Made by a program: the position numbers and the translations under genes. This document shows, piece by piece, positions 37,832 to 47,891 of a stretch of 64,000 nt of DNA; position 1 is the stretch's first letter; every line of letters begins with the position of its first letter. This stretch comes from Nitrospirota bacterium (GTDB lineage: Bacteria > JACPQY01): the NCBI GenBank assembly GCA_016180645.1, contig JACPAV010000005.1, positions 1 through 64,000 on the forward strand, given 5' to 3'. A model generated the notes under the pieces. That model saw only the letters and a list, made by a program, of their open reading frames with translations. It made no database searches and was not told the DNA's origin.

Positions 37832-38800
37832 ATGACAGCCTTGAGCGGCAAGACGATCTTCCTGACCGGAGGGGCCGGGTTCATCGGGGCCGAACTGGCC
37901 GGCCGTCTGCTCGACCATAACCGCCTCATCGTCTACGACACGCTCGGACGCAACTCAATCCGGACCAAAACCTTTTTCCCCCATGCGAATCTGAAACTCA
38001 TCGAGGGTACCGTCCTGGATGCCGCCTCTCTGCACCGTAGCATGGAGGGAGCCGATATTGTCGTTCACCTCGCGGCCGTCGCCGGCATCGACACAGTCCT
38101 CAAGAGCCCCACGCAGACCATGCGCGTCAACCTCCTGGGGACGTCCTTCGTTTTGGATGCGGCCCGCGAACTCGGCGTGCGCGATCGCGTGGTGATCTTC
38201 TCCACCAGCGAAGTGTTCGGTACCTACGCTTACCGCGTAAGCGAGTCCGATACCACCACTTCGGGCGCGGTCGGCGAAGCGCGATGGATCTACGCGGTGA
38301 GCAAGCTGGCCGGGGAACACATGGCCTTTGCCGCATTCAAAGAATTCGCTCTTCCCGTCGTCATCGTGCGTCCCTTCAACGTCTACGGTCCCGGCCAAAT
38401 CGGCGAAGGCGCCGTCCACGTCTTCGTAAAACGCGCCATCGCGGGCGAGGACCTTGAAATCCACGGGGACGGCGACCAGATCCGATCCTGGGTCTACATC
38501 GACGACATGGTGGACGCGCTTCTTCTGCTCTTGCAGCACCCCTCGGCCGTGGGAGAATCTTTCAACATCGGCAATCCGAGGGGAACGGTGACGATCAATA
38601 CGCTCGCGGAGATGGTCGTATCGCTGGCGGAATCCCGCTCACGGATCGTCCACGCGCCCCGCCGCCATGCGGACGTCGAACTCCGGATCCCCAGCATCGA
38701 GAAGGCCAGGCAGATGCTCGGCTTCCAGCCGAAAGTCGACTTGAAGGACGGCCTGTTGAAAACCATCCGATGGTATCGCGAACAGCGGGATGGAAATTGA
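37832..38800 (+). CDS. NAD-dependent nucleotide-sugar epimerase/dehydratase (extended SDR)
   Basis: TGGAGFIG, VHLAA, STSEVFG, YAVSK, RPFNVYGPG, GDGDQIRSW. Confidence 0.92.
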   Translation: MTALSGKTIFLTGGAGFIGAELAGRLLDHNRLIVYDTLGRNSIRTKTFFPHANLKLIEGTVLDAASLHRSMEGADIVVHLAAVAGIDTVLKSPTQTMRVNLLGTSFVLDAARELGVRDRVVIFSTSEVFGTYAYRVSESDTTTSGAVGEARWIYAVSKLAGEHMAFAAFKEFALPVVIVRPFNVYGPGQIGEGAVHVFVKRAIAGEDLEIHGDGDQIRSWVYIDDMVDALLLLLQHPSAVGESFNIGNPRGTVTINTLAEMVVSLAESRSRIVHAPRRHADVELRIPSIEKARQMLGFQPKVDLKDGLLKTIRWYREQRDGN

Positions 38801-39809
38801 ACGAATGCAGGCCGCCATCCGCCGGCTCCAGCTCGATCTCTCCGGGCTGACCGTGCTCACCGAAGCCGCCTCCGGCCCGTACCGGCCTACACCCGTTCTC
38901 GCCGCCCTGGCCGGCGCCCGGAAGACCTACGCCGTCACCCGCGATTCAGGATTTGGCAAGGGCACAGAAATCGTCGAGTCCACTTTGGCTCTGGCGCGCG
39001 CCTGCTCCGTGGCCGGCGCCGTCGAGTTCCTCTTCGGCGACCTCGAAGCCGGCCTGCGCGAGGCCGACATCGTGACCAACCTTGGGTTCGTCCGTCCCAT
39101 CGACCGCGCGATGGTCGCCCGAATGAAACCGACCGGCGTCGTCCCCTACATGGCCGAAGCCTGGGAATTCCGTCCAGGCGACGTCGATCTCGATGCGTGC
39201 CGGGAGCGCGGAATTCCCGTGATGGGGACAAACGAGAGCCATCCGGGGGTCAATACCCTGCGGGCCTGCGGTCCACTCTGCGAATCCATGATGACTCGGG
39301 CCGGTGTCGCCGCCAAAGATGCCCGCGTGGTCGTCATCAGCAACGATCCCTTCGGCCCCGTTCTCGTCGATCATCTCACCTCCGCCGGCTCGATCGTCAC
39401 CCTCCTCCCCCGCCCCTCCCCACACGCGATTCAGAAGGCCGACGCCCTCGTCATGGCCTGCTATCGCTCCGACCGCTTCATCCTGGGATCGCGCGGCGAC
39501 ATGACACCGGAGCAACTGAAATCCCTCGCTCCGGCGATCCGCGTAATCCAATTCACCGGCGGGGCGGACGCCGAGGCCCTGAACCGCATGGACATCGCGT
39601 GCTTTCCCCCCGAGCAGGTGCCATTCCGAAGGATGGGCCGGACGCTGGCCGAGCTCGATCCCGGATTGGTCATCGACCTCCATGCCGCGGGGCTCAAGGT
39701 GGGGGAAGCCATGGCCCAGGCACGACGCCTGGGATTGTCCGGTCAGGATTTCGTACGTTACGTGACCGAGCATTCCCCCGCGCAACCCATGGACGGAGGC
39801 ACGCCTTGA
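38790..39809 (+). CDS. Hypothetical enzyme, loosely similar to the 2-hydroxyacid-dehydrogenase Rossmann fold
   Basis: Overlaps both neighbours; ADIVTNLGFVRPID, MKPTGVV, DVDLDACRERGIPVMGTN. Confidence 0.6.
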   Translation: MEIERMQAAIRRLQLDLSGLTVLTEAASGPYRPTPVLAALAGARKTYAVTRDSGFGKGTEIVESTLALARACSVAGAVEFLFGDLEAGLREADIVTNLGFVRPIDRAMVARMKPTGVVPYMAEAWEFRPGDVDLDACRERGIPVMGTNESHPGVNTLRACGPLCESMMTRAGVAAKDARVVVISNDPFGPVLVDHLTSAGSIVTLLPRPSPHAIQKADALVMACYRSDRFILGSRGDMTPEQLKSLAPAIRVIQFTGGADAEALNRMDIACFPPEQVPFRRMGRTLAELDPGLVIDLHAAGLKVGEAMAQARRLGLSGQDFVRYVTEHSPAQPMDGGTP

Positions 39810-40783
39810 GCGCCGTGATGGAACGTCCCCGGATCATGGCTGAGGAAGCCGGGCCGGGGACCGAGGCCGAATGGGACCGGCTCATCGACGAATGCGCCAA
39901 CGGCGTTCTCTACCAGAAGTCGGCCTTCCTCGCGCACTACGCCCACAAGGCCGAGAGGGTGGTGCGCCTGCTTTTCAGGAGTGGCGGGCGCTCCTTGGGA
40001 TTGCTGGCCGGGGGAATCGTCCCATCCGCCGGGCGCCGCGAACTGGCTGCGCCGTTCTCGGCCTCCTTCGGCGGCATCAGCCACACACCCGGACTCAGTC
40101 TAGGCGAGGCCGTCGCCTTGGTGGATGAACTGATCCGAGCCGCCGGCCGATATGGCGTTCAGTCCATCCGGCTGGCGCAGCCGCCGTCGATCTATTCCAC
40201 TGAGACCGACGACCGGCTGGACTTCGCCCTCCTGCACGCGGGATTCACGCCGGCAACGGCCGATCTTACCCTCTACCTCTCGGGCGGCAATCGCACCACG
40301 CGGTCCTCCGTCGTCCGAAATGTGAAGCGGGCTGAAAACAACGGCCTTGAGTTCCGTGAAACGGACGACGCCGCCGCCGTGTGGGACTTGCTTCACCGAT
40401 GGAAAGAATCCCGGAAACTTCCCTTGAGCGTGTCACGGGGCGACCTCGCCGCTCTGAAGGCTGCGTTCCCCGATCACATTCGTGCCTTTCTCACCCTTTC
40501 CGGAAACCGGCCCATCGGGGCCATGGTGCTCTACCAACTGAACCGCAGAACGGCGCTGGCCTTCGCGTGGGACGAGGACGAGGACTACCGGTCATCAAGA
40601 CCGAACGATTTCATGCTCACGCGAGTGATCAATGTCGCTCTCACCGGGGGAACGGCCTGTCTCGACCTCGGCACGGTGACCCTCCAGGGAGAACCCGTCT
40701 GGGGCGTCACTCGATTCAAAGAAAACTTTGGCCCGCGCGGCGCGCTCCGCAAGACCTACGTGCTGGTCCTTCCCAAGGCATGA
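39806..40783 (+). CDS. GNAT family (FemAB-like) acyltransferase
   Basis: WDRLIDECANGVLYQ, PFSASFGG, RNVKRAE, LDLG, GVTRFKENFG; TTG start overlaps the upstream stop. Confidence 0.8.
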   Translation: MSAVMERPRIMAEEAGPGTEAEWDRLIDECANGVLYQKSAFLAHYAHKAERVVRLLFRSGGRSLGLLAGGIVPSAGRRELAAPFSASFGGISHTPGLSLGEAVALVDELIRAAGRYGVQSIRLAQPPSIYSTETDDRLDFALLHAGFTPATADLTLYLSGGNRTTRSSVVRNVKRAENNGLEFRETDDAAAVWDLLHRWKESRKLPLSVSRGDLAALKAAFPDHIRAFLTLSGNRPIGAMVLYQLNRRTALAFAWDEDEDYRSSRPNDFMLTRVINVALTGGTACLDLGTVTLQGEPVWGVTRFKENFGPRGALRKTYVLVLPKA

Positions 40784-42480
40784 AGACCTTCCTCGGTATC
40801 AACATGTCGGGGCGCGATTCATCCGCCGCCCTCGTTTCAGAAGGCAAGGTCCATTTCGCCGTGAGGGAGGAACGCCTGAACCGTGAGAAGAAGACGCGGA
40901 AGTTTCCCCTCCTGGCCATCCGCGAGTGCCTTCGCGCCGGCGGCATCGGCTTGGCCGATGTCGACCGCGTCGCCGTTTCGTGGAATCCCGCCATCAACCT
41001 CGAGCGGTTCAACAGCGCGCAATCCGGGACCGCACGATACAAGCCGGAGCACCTTTATGCCGTCCCCAACCACCTCTTTACATTCCTCGATCCCGACGAA
41101 GGACTTCGCACCGACGAGATCTTCCACTTCGCGAGCGGGAGGCAGCTTGCCGTTCAGTATGTGAACCACCACCTCGCCCATGCCGCCGACGTCTTCCTCC
41201 TTTCTCCCTATGATGAGTCGGCCATCCTCATCATGGATGCCTACGGGGAAAAGCATTCGGTCACCTTTGCCCTCGGGCGCGGTTCGAGCTTCCAGGTGCT
41301 CCAGACGGTGCTCTTTCCGCACAGCCTGGGTTCGTTCTACGGCGCCATGACCCAGTATCTAGGCTTCACGCCGGATTTGGACGAATGGAAGGTCATGGGC
41401 GCCGGCGCCTACGGCGACCCGCAACGATTCATCGAGTTCTTCCGGGGGCTCTTCCGCCGCCTGGATAACGGCGCCTTCGAATTGGATCTTTCCTACTTCG
41501 ATTTTCCCCTCTTCACGCGGCCGACGCTGTACTCGGACAAACTCGTGGCCGCCCTCGGCGCGGTACGACATCGCGAGCATGACCTCGAACAACGACACTT
41601 CGACGTCGCCGCGGCCGTGCAGCAGGTCACCGAAGAAATCGCCTTCCACATGCTTGCCCACCTGCATCGGCTGACCGGCCTGAAGGCCGTATGCATCAGC
41701 GGGGGGGTGGCGATGAACTGCCTGCTCAACGGGAAGGTCACCTCGCGGACGCCATTCGAAAAGGTGTGGATCGGCTCCTCTCCGGACGACGGCGGCACAA
41801 GCGTCGGTGCGGCTCTCTACAGCGCTTCCCTCTCTTCGACATTCCCAAGGCATCCGGCCGAACACAACTATTGGGGCACCGAATACGACGCCTCGGAAAT
41901 CCGCTCGGAACTGGCGAAATACGGCCTCCGGTATTCCGAAGTGAAAGACCCCCATCTTGAGGCCGCCCGGCGTGTGGCGCGTGGAGAGATTGTGGCCTGG
42001 TTTCAAGGCCGGATGGAGTTTGGGGAGAGAGCCCTGGGCAATCGCAGCATTCTTGCGGACCCTCGCGACCCCGCCATGAAAGACAAGATCAACCGGGCGA
42101 TCAAGTATCGCGAAGCCTTCCGTCCTTTTGCCCCTTCCGTTCCGGAGGAGCAAGCCCATGAATTCTTCGAGCACGCCGACTACGTTCCTTTCATGGAGAA
42201 GGCTCTCGTCGTGCGGCCGTCCAAGCGCTCCGTCCTGCCGGCCGTCACCCATCAGGATGGAACAGCACGACTCCAAACCGTGCGGAAATCCGCGAATCCC
42301 TCGTTCTGGAGCCTGATCGACGCGTTCGGTAAGATGACCGGCGTACCTGTCCTCCTGAATACCAGCTTCAATCTTCAAGGCGAACCCATCGTCGGTACGC
42401 CGAAAGACGCCATCCGGACCTTCTATTCGTCCGGCCTGGACGCGCTGTTCCTGGGCAACACCCTCCTCGTGAAGTCATAG
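40780..42480 (+). CDS. Carbamoyltransferase (NodU/CmcH family)
   Basis: EERLNREK, HHLAHA, SLGSFY, EWKVMG, GGVAMNC, WFQGRMEFGERALGNRSILADPR, RPFAPSV, LLNTSFN. Confidence 0.95.
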   Translation: MKTFLGINMSGRDSSAALVSEGKVHFAVREERLNREKKTRKFPLLAIRECLRAGGIGLADVDRVAVSWNPAINLERFNSAQSGTARYKPEHLYAVPNHLFTFLDPDEGLRTDEIFHFASGRQLAVQYVNHHLAHAADVFLLSPYDESAILIMDAYGEKHSVTFALGRGSSFQVLQTVLFPHSLGSFYGAMTQYLGFTPDLDEWKVMGAGAYGDPQRFIEFFRGLFRRLDNGAFELDLSYFDFPLFTRPTLYSDKLVAALGAVRHREHDLEQRHFDVAAAVQQVTEEIAFHMLAHLHRLTGLKAVCISGGVAMNCLLNGKVTSRTPFEKVWIGSSPDDGGTSVGAALYSASLSSTFPRHPAEHNYWGTEYDASEIRSELAKYGLRYSEVKDPHLEAARRVARGEIVAWFQGRMEFGERALGNRSILADPRDPAMKDKINRAIKYREAFRPFAPSVPEEQAHEFFEHADYVPFMEKALVVRPSKRSVLPAVTHQDGTARLQTVRKSANPSFWSLIDAFGKMTGVPVLLNTSFNLQGEPIVGTPKDAIRTFYSSGLDALFLGNTLLVKS

Positions 42481-42497
42481 GATACCACGCGCATCCA

Positions 42498-43376
42498 TTG
42501 AATCGATCCGCCTCTTCAGAAAGCCAGCGAGACATCTACGACTCACGCAATCTCGCCACGCCTCGGGGCGCGTGGGAAGAAATATTCGCCTGCCAACTGA
42601 TCTATCGACGAGACCTCCTTCTCGAAACACTGAAAACTCTGAGCATTACTCCTCCCTCCGGGGAGTCCGTCTGGGTATACGTGGGCGGCGGTGAAGGAAC
42701 TCAATGCATGGTCCTGAGCGCCATCGGGGGCACACACCTCAGCCTGGACATCTCGCCCACCCAGCTCCTGCTGGGCCGCTGGCTCATGACCCGTGTAGCC
42801 GATCGCTACATCCCCGGCCTGCGCTCCGATCGGGTGTTTTTCGCGTGCGCGGACGCCCTCAAGCCGCTCCCCGTCCACCGTCTCCAGGCGGATGTTGCCT
42901 ACGGTCTGGGCGTGATGAATCACCTTCCCCCCCAGGCTTGGGCCGATCACCTGCGCGAGTTGAGGGGAATCCTGAAGCCCGGCGGTACGATCTTTCACGT
43001 CCTTCCCAATCTCGACTGCGAAGTCTATTCCCGGCCGATTTTCACGCGCCAGTTTGCCGACTCGGGCAGCATGCAGTATTGGACGCAATTCGTGAGCGAA
43101 GACAACGCGGTGGCCGCCTTTCGGGAGGCCGGACTTTCCGACATCAGAACCGCGAAGCTTTGGAGATACGATCACGATGCCGGTTTGCGATACCTGCGAA
43201 TCCCGGAAGTCGTCTGCCGGCGCATCGTTCAACGATTCGGATCCAGGATCTCCTTTCGAATCGTCCCCGCCCTCCAGCGATGGGCCAGACGGAGCGCCGA
43301 GGCAGGCCGCTGGACAGGGAGGCCGTGGACTCTGCGGCAGCCTCGTCATCTTGCCGTCGCGGGAACATGCCGATGA
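42498..43376 (+). CDS. Class I SAM-dependent methyltransferase
   Basis: YVGGGEG, LDIS, ADA, VMNHLP, LKPGG. Confidence 0.75.
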   Translation: MNRSASSESQRDIYDSRNLATPRGAWEEIFACQLIYRRDLLLETLKTLSITPPSGESVWVYVGGGEGTQCMVLSAIGGTHLSLDISPTQLLLGRWLMTRVADRYIPGLRSDRVFFACADALKPLPVHRLQADVAYGLGVMNHLPPQAWADHLRELRGILKPGGTIFHVLPNLDCEVYSRPIFTRQFADSGSMQYWTQFVSEDNAVAAFREAGLSDIRTAKLWRYDHDAGLRYLRIPEVVCRRIVQRFGSRISFRIVPALQRWARRSAEAGRWTGRPWTLRQPRHLAVAGTCR

Positions 43377-44842
43377 AGGGCCGCCCTCCGCTGCACACCC
43401 CTCCGAGCGACAAGCCGGACGACCCGCCATCCGTGGATCGCCAGGGGGGCAATCTGATCGCTGAATCGGCGATCTATGCGGTCGGTATCGTCTTGTCCAG
43501 AGGTCTTGGCCTTCTCCTCACACCCATACTCACGCGAGCCCTTCCTGCGGATGAGTTCGGCAGGATGGATTTGTACCAGATCGGGGCGATTCTGGTTTCG
43601 CTCGCTTTGTCGCTCCAAATGGAATCCGCGCTGTTGCGGTACTACACCTCACGCGATGTCGATGCGCGGGTCCTCTTCTCGACCGCCGTGCTCCTCCAGC
43701 TTGGTTTCGGAATTGGGCTCACCGTCATGGTGGTGTGTTCGAATGCGTGGATAGGACGCCTCTACCCTCCCGTCCTCACTCCGCCGAACCTGCTGGCCGC
43801 CGCCGTTTCCGTGCCGGCCGGAACGCTCTACACGTTGGGCCTCACCCTGGTTCGAGCGCGGCGCGAGCCGCTACCCGCCTCGCTGATCATCGGACTGAAC
43901 ACGGGTCTCAACGTGGCCGGCGTCGTCGGGTTCGTGCTCTACCTGCGCCTCGGCATCACGGGGGTGTTTCTCGCGAAGATCGCCGCGGACGCGATCTCCT
44001 TCCTTGTCATTTGGCGCCGCCATCGCGACCATTTTCTTCCCGTGGTCTCGACCGCCCTCTGTGGGCGGTTGATACGATTCGGCCTGCCCCTTGTGCCCGA
44101 CGGCTTTCTGACCCTTCTCAAGCTCCATGCAAGCAAAGTCTTCCTGGCCACCCTCGTCTCGATGGAAGACGTCGGGCTCCTTGCCGTCGCGGGAAGGATC
44201 GCCACCGCCGTCCAGATCGCCGTTCTGGCCTTCCGTCAGGCCTGGCTTCCCTACGCCCTCTCCATAGCAGAACGGCCGGGCGCGGCCGAGCGGTACTCCG
44301 TCGCGGCCTCCCTCTACCTTCGCCTCTCCTTCGCCCTCGTACTGTTGCTTGCCCTCCTGGCACCTGAACTCATACGCGTGCTTGCCGGGGGGAAGTACGC
44401 CGCGGCGGTTTCCCTCGTGGCTCCTTTGGGCGCCGCCGCCGCCATCGGGGGTTTGCCCTATCTGTACAACATCGGCCTCCTTCTCGCCGAGAAAACCATC
44501 TACTATACCTACTCCGCCGTATGGTCGGCCGTCACCGTCATTCTCGCCGCATGGTTCCTTATCTCCCGGTGGGGACTCCCGGGTGCACCGGTGGCCAACA
44601 TTCTTGGAAGTCTGAGCCTCACCCTGGCCGTGCTCCACTACGCCCAACGCGTGCATCCCCTACCCTATGGGATGAAGTCGCTGATCGGGTTTATGATAGG
44701 CGTATGCGGTATCGCGGCTCTGGGCATGTCCGGTGTGGCTGCTTCCCTACCCCTTGGAATTCGGATTCCGGCGGCGGTGGCGACTATCGTGTACTCGGCA
44801 GGGTTGGCCATCACAGCCTACAAAGGAACTAAGTCGTCATGA
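43373..44842 (+). CDS. Wzx-type oligosaccharide flippase
   Basis: About 12-14 TMs; LLLTPILTRALPADEFG, LIRFGLPLVP, AFRQAWLP. Confidence 0.88.
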   Translation: MKGRPPLHTPPSDKPDDPPSVDRQGGNLIAESAIYAVGIVLSRGLGLLLTPILTRALPADEFGRMDLYQIGAILVSLALSLQMESALLRYYTSRDVDARVLFSTAVLLQLGFGIGLTVMVVCSNAWIGRLYPPVLTPPNLLAAAVSVPAGTLYTLGLTLVRARREPLPASLIIGLNTGLNVAGVVGFVLYLRLGITGVFLAKIAADAISFLVIWRRHRDHFLPVVSTALCGRLIRFGLPLVPDGFLTLLKLHASKVFLATLVSMEDVGLLAVAGRIATAVQIAVLAFRQAWLPYALSIAERPGAAERYSVAASLYLRLSFALVLLLALLAPELIRVLAGGKYAAAVSLVAPLGAAAAIGGLPYLYNIGLLLAEKTIYYTYSAVWSAVTVILAAWFLISRWGLPGAPVANILGSLSLTLAVLHYAQRVHPLPYGMKSLIGFMIGVCGIAALGMSGVAASLPLGIRIPAAVATIVYSAGLAITAYKGTKSS

Positions 44843-46350
44843 AAATCCTGCTCCTGATTCCGCCGTCTTACATCCGACCCGATCTGGGGACACCCGTCTG
44901 GGCAACGCGTGAGTACAAAGACGGCTTCTTCAACGAGCCCCACAATCCCTACCTGGCCGCCAGCATCCTCGGCGTCCTTCGCGCCCATCTTCCGGAAGCC
45001 GAACTTCACGTATTGGACGCCCAACTCGACAATCTGGACTTTGAAACCGTACGGTCCCGAATCATGGCTCTCACGCCCGATCTCATCCTCACGCTTCTCA
45101 ATTTCGCCTGCCTCGATCAGGACAGACGGTACACCGACCTCCCTTTTACCACCCTCGCCATCAACCAAGCCTATCTCGATCATGCGGAGGCGGTGGAGCT
45201 CTACGATCTGCGCGCGTCCTGCTACACGAAGACGGAAATCGAATACACCGTGCTGGAAGCGGCGAGGGAACTCGCCTCCACGGGACGCATCGATCGAACC
45301 GCCGGGCTGCTCATCAGGCAGACCGACGGCGCCGGAGCCACACTGCGGGACACCGGAGATCGGCCCCTCAAGGACTTATCCGAATTTCCCTTCCCGGCGT
45401 TTGATCTGCTCCCAACCCAGCGCTACATGCAACGGCAATTCGACTACGAGGGCACGCGCTACGTCTTCCTCTACACCACTCGCGGATGCCCCTTCGGTTG
45501 CACCTTCTGCCAGGCCGGAACCAAAGCCTACCGAACCGTCCGGAAGAAGACGCCCGAGCAGGTCCTGGCCGAAATCGAGTATTTCCTCAAGCTGGGCCTC
45601 GATCATTTCTACTTCTACGATGACGAGTTCGCCATCGACATGAACCGCGCGAAAGAGATCTGCCGCCTCATCCTGAGCCGGGAGCTTAACATTCGTTTTG
45701 CATGCTACAACACCACGAACCTGGTGGATGAAGAACTCGTTCAACTCCTATCCCAGGCCGGCTGCCGCCTCATCCGATACGGATTGGAAACGGGCGACAT
45801 GGACATCCAGCAGGCCATGAAAACCTACGTCAACGAGGAGGAACTTGTCCGTGCATTCGACCTGACCCATCGGTACGGTCTTTTCGTGGACGCTTTCGTC
45901 ATGGTCGGGCTGCCTGGAGAAACCCCACACTCCCTCAAGAAAACCCTCTCCCTGCTCAAGCGTGTACGGCCGGATCGGATCACCACGTCCATCCTGCTCC
46001 CCAAGCCATACAGCGTCATGTATCGCGAACTGAAACATTCGGGCAGGCTCCTGGAACCCTACTGGCACCGTCATCTCTTTTCCGAAGGATTGACCTATGT
46101 CCATGACAGCTATCGGTCTCGCCTTGAACTGAGGAGGGCGGAGAAATGGATTCGGACGCAATACTCCCGCTTTGCCGCGTGGGATGACCTCGTCAGGAAC
46201 CGCACCGGAAAAAACCTGTATACGCGCCTCGTCCGGTACGCCGGAACATTCCCGCCGGCGAGGGCGGCGATCGACCAAATCAAGGATTACCCCGCTCTGG
46301 TCCGCCCCCTGAAGCTGTTCTATCAGCCGACCAGCAAGTTTGAGGTCTGA
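44839..46350 (+). CDS. B12-binding-domain-type radical SAM protein 1
   Basis: TTRGCPFGCTFC, FYDDEF, GLETG, MVGLPGET; N-terminal domain resembles a degenerate cobalamin-binding fold. Confidence 0.9.
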   Translation: MKILLLIPPSYIRPDLGTPVWATREYKDGFFNEPHNPYLAASILGVLRAHLPEAELHVLDAQLDNLDFETVRSRIMALTPDLILTLLNFACLDQDRRYTDLPFTTLAINQAYLDHAEAVELYDLRASCYTKTEIEYTVLEAARELASTGRIDRTAGLLIRQTDGAGATLRDTGDRPLKDLSEFPFPAFDLLPTQRYMQRQFDYEGTRYVFLYTTRGCPFGCTFCQAGTKAYRTVRKKTPEQVLAEIEYFLKLGLDHFYFYDDEFAIDMNRAKEICRLILSRELNIRFACYNTTNLVDEELVQLLSQAGCRLIRYGLETGDMDIQQAMKTYVNEEELVRAFDLTHRYGLFVDAFVMVGLPGETPHSLKKTLSLLKRVRPDRITTSILLPKPYSVMYRELKHSGRLLEPYWHRHLFSEGLTYVHDSYRSRLELRRAEKWIRTQYSRFAAWDDLVRNRTGKNLYTRLVRYAGTFPPARAAIDQIKDYPALVRPLKLFYQPTSKFEV

Positions 46351-46352
46351 TC

Positions 46353-47891
46353 ATGCGTCTCCTCACGCTCATTCCGCCGCAGCCGCGCTCGCTGCCGGCC
46401 TCCTGGTTCCTGCGAGAAGAGAGGCACGCGGCCAAGGACAACACACCCATGCCCCCCTACATGGCGCCCTCGATCCTCGGCATGGTCCGCAGCCGCTTTC
46501 CAGAGATCGAACTCCCCGTCATGGACTGCATGGTGGGCGACCCTGCGCCGGGCGAGATCCGACAACAAGTCCATGCTCTCAAGCCCGACCTCGTCCTCGC
46601 CATCCTCGCCGCGAATCACCTCTCCGAAGCCGAAGAAAGGCAATGCGCGGAGCTTCCATACCCCACCATCACGATCGTCACTCCGGCCGGCGCGGATCCC
46701 CGCGAGTATGTCCCGCTGTACGGCCTGAACTCCCGCTACTTTGTCCACACGGACGAGGTGGAAACGGCGGTCGCCGAGGGGCTCCGCGAATGGCTCCAGT
46801 CCGGCGATATTCGCCGGACGCCCGGGTTCGTCGTCCGTGAGAACGGCGGACTCCACTTCACCGGCCCCATGCCGCACACAGACATGAGCGCCTACCCCCT
46901 CCCGGCGTTCGATCTCTTTCCGCAGGAGCGATACCGCGCCCTCCAGGATCAAGTCACCTTCCATCGTCCGCAGTACGCCGCCAGTGCCCTGATCAACACC
47001 ATGAAGGGCTGCCCTTTCACGTGCGCTTTTTGCGTCGTCGGGGCGCCGGAAAGCAAGCCACGCGTGAAAAACGCCGATCAGATCGTCGGCGAAATCCGTG
47101 TTCTTCACGACCGGTTCGGCTGGAGGCGTTTTGTGTTCATGGACTCCGAGTTTGCCGCGAAAACGCGCGTGGCGAAGGACGTCTGTCGCGGGATCATCGC
47201 CTCCGACCTGCGCGTATCGTTCGACATCAAGAACCGCATCGAAATGTGGGACGACGAATACCTGGCCCTTCTGAAGCAGGCCGGCTGCGAGGCCATCCAC
47301 TACGGGATCGAGACGGCTGATCCAAAACTTCAGAAGGTCATCACCAAGCACCTGGATCTGGATCGCGCGCGCAAGGCCATCGCCGCCACGAAGGCCCACG
47401 GGATTAAAGTCCACCTCTACATGATGATGGGGATACCCGGTGAAGACCGTGAGTCACTGGCGCTAAACGCCCAGTTCGTTGCGGACACAAAGCCGGACGG
47501 CATCGCCTGGGGTTTCCTGTTTCCGGAAGTCGGAAGCCCTCTCCATGCGCGGCTCCGGGACGAGAAGAAACTGACCGTGGCCGATTGGGCGGAGTACCGC
47601 CGATTCGACCGACTGACCTTCAAGCACGACACCTACCGCAACATCGACGATCTCCGAAAGGCAGAGCTGTGGATGATGTGCCGGTACCGGAAGGCCCTTT
47701 CGTATGATCCGGCACTCCCTGCTCGATCGCGCCTGGCCTATTTTCTCTACTCCCTTCTGGGCAGCATGTACTACGTTTGTTGGGACACCATCAACAGATA
47801 TCCATCGCTCGCCGGATTCAAGGACCGACTCAAACACCGGTTTCTCAGGGGAGTCCGCAGAGCCCTGCCGGGACATGCCGAGCCGCTGTGA
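46353..47891 (+). CDS. B12-binding-domain-type radical SAM protein 2 (paralog)
   Basis: TMKGCPFTCAFC, FMDSEF, GIETA, MMGIPGED; same architecture as protein 1. Confidence 0.9.
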   Translation: MRLLTLIPPQPRSLPASWFLREERHAAKDNTPMPPYMAPSILGMVRSRFPEIELPVMDCMVGDPAPGEIRQQVHALKPDLVLAILAANHLSEAEERQCAELPYPTITIVTPAGADPREYVPLYGLNSRYFVHTDEVETAVAEGLREWLQSGDIRRTPGFVVRENGGLHFTGPMPHTDMSAYPLPAFDLFPQERYRALQDQVTFHRPQYAASALINTMKGCPFTCAFCVVGAPESKPRVKNADQIVGEIRVLHDRFGWRRFVFMDSEFAAKTRVAKDVCRGIIASDLRVSFDIKNRIEMWDDEYLALLKQAGCEAIHYGIETADPKLQKVITKHLDLDRARKAIAATKAHGIKVHLYMMMGIPGEDRESLALNAQFVADTKPDGIAWGFLFPEVGSPLHARLRDEKKLTVADWAEYRRFDRLTFKHDTYRNIDDLRKAELWMMCRYRKALSYDPALPARSRLAYFLYSLLGSMYYVCWDTINRYPSLAGFKDRLKHRFLRGVRRALPGHAEPL

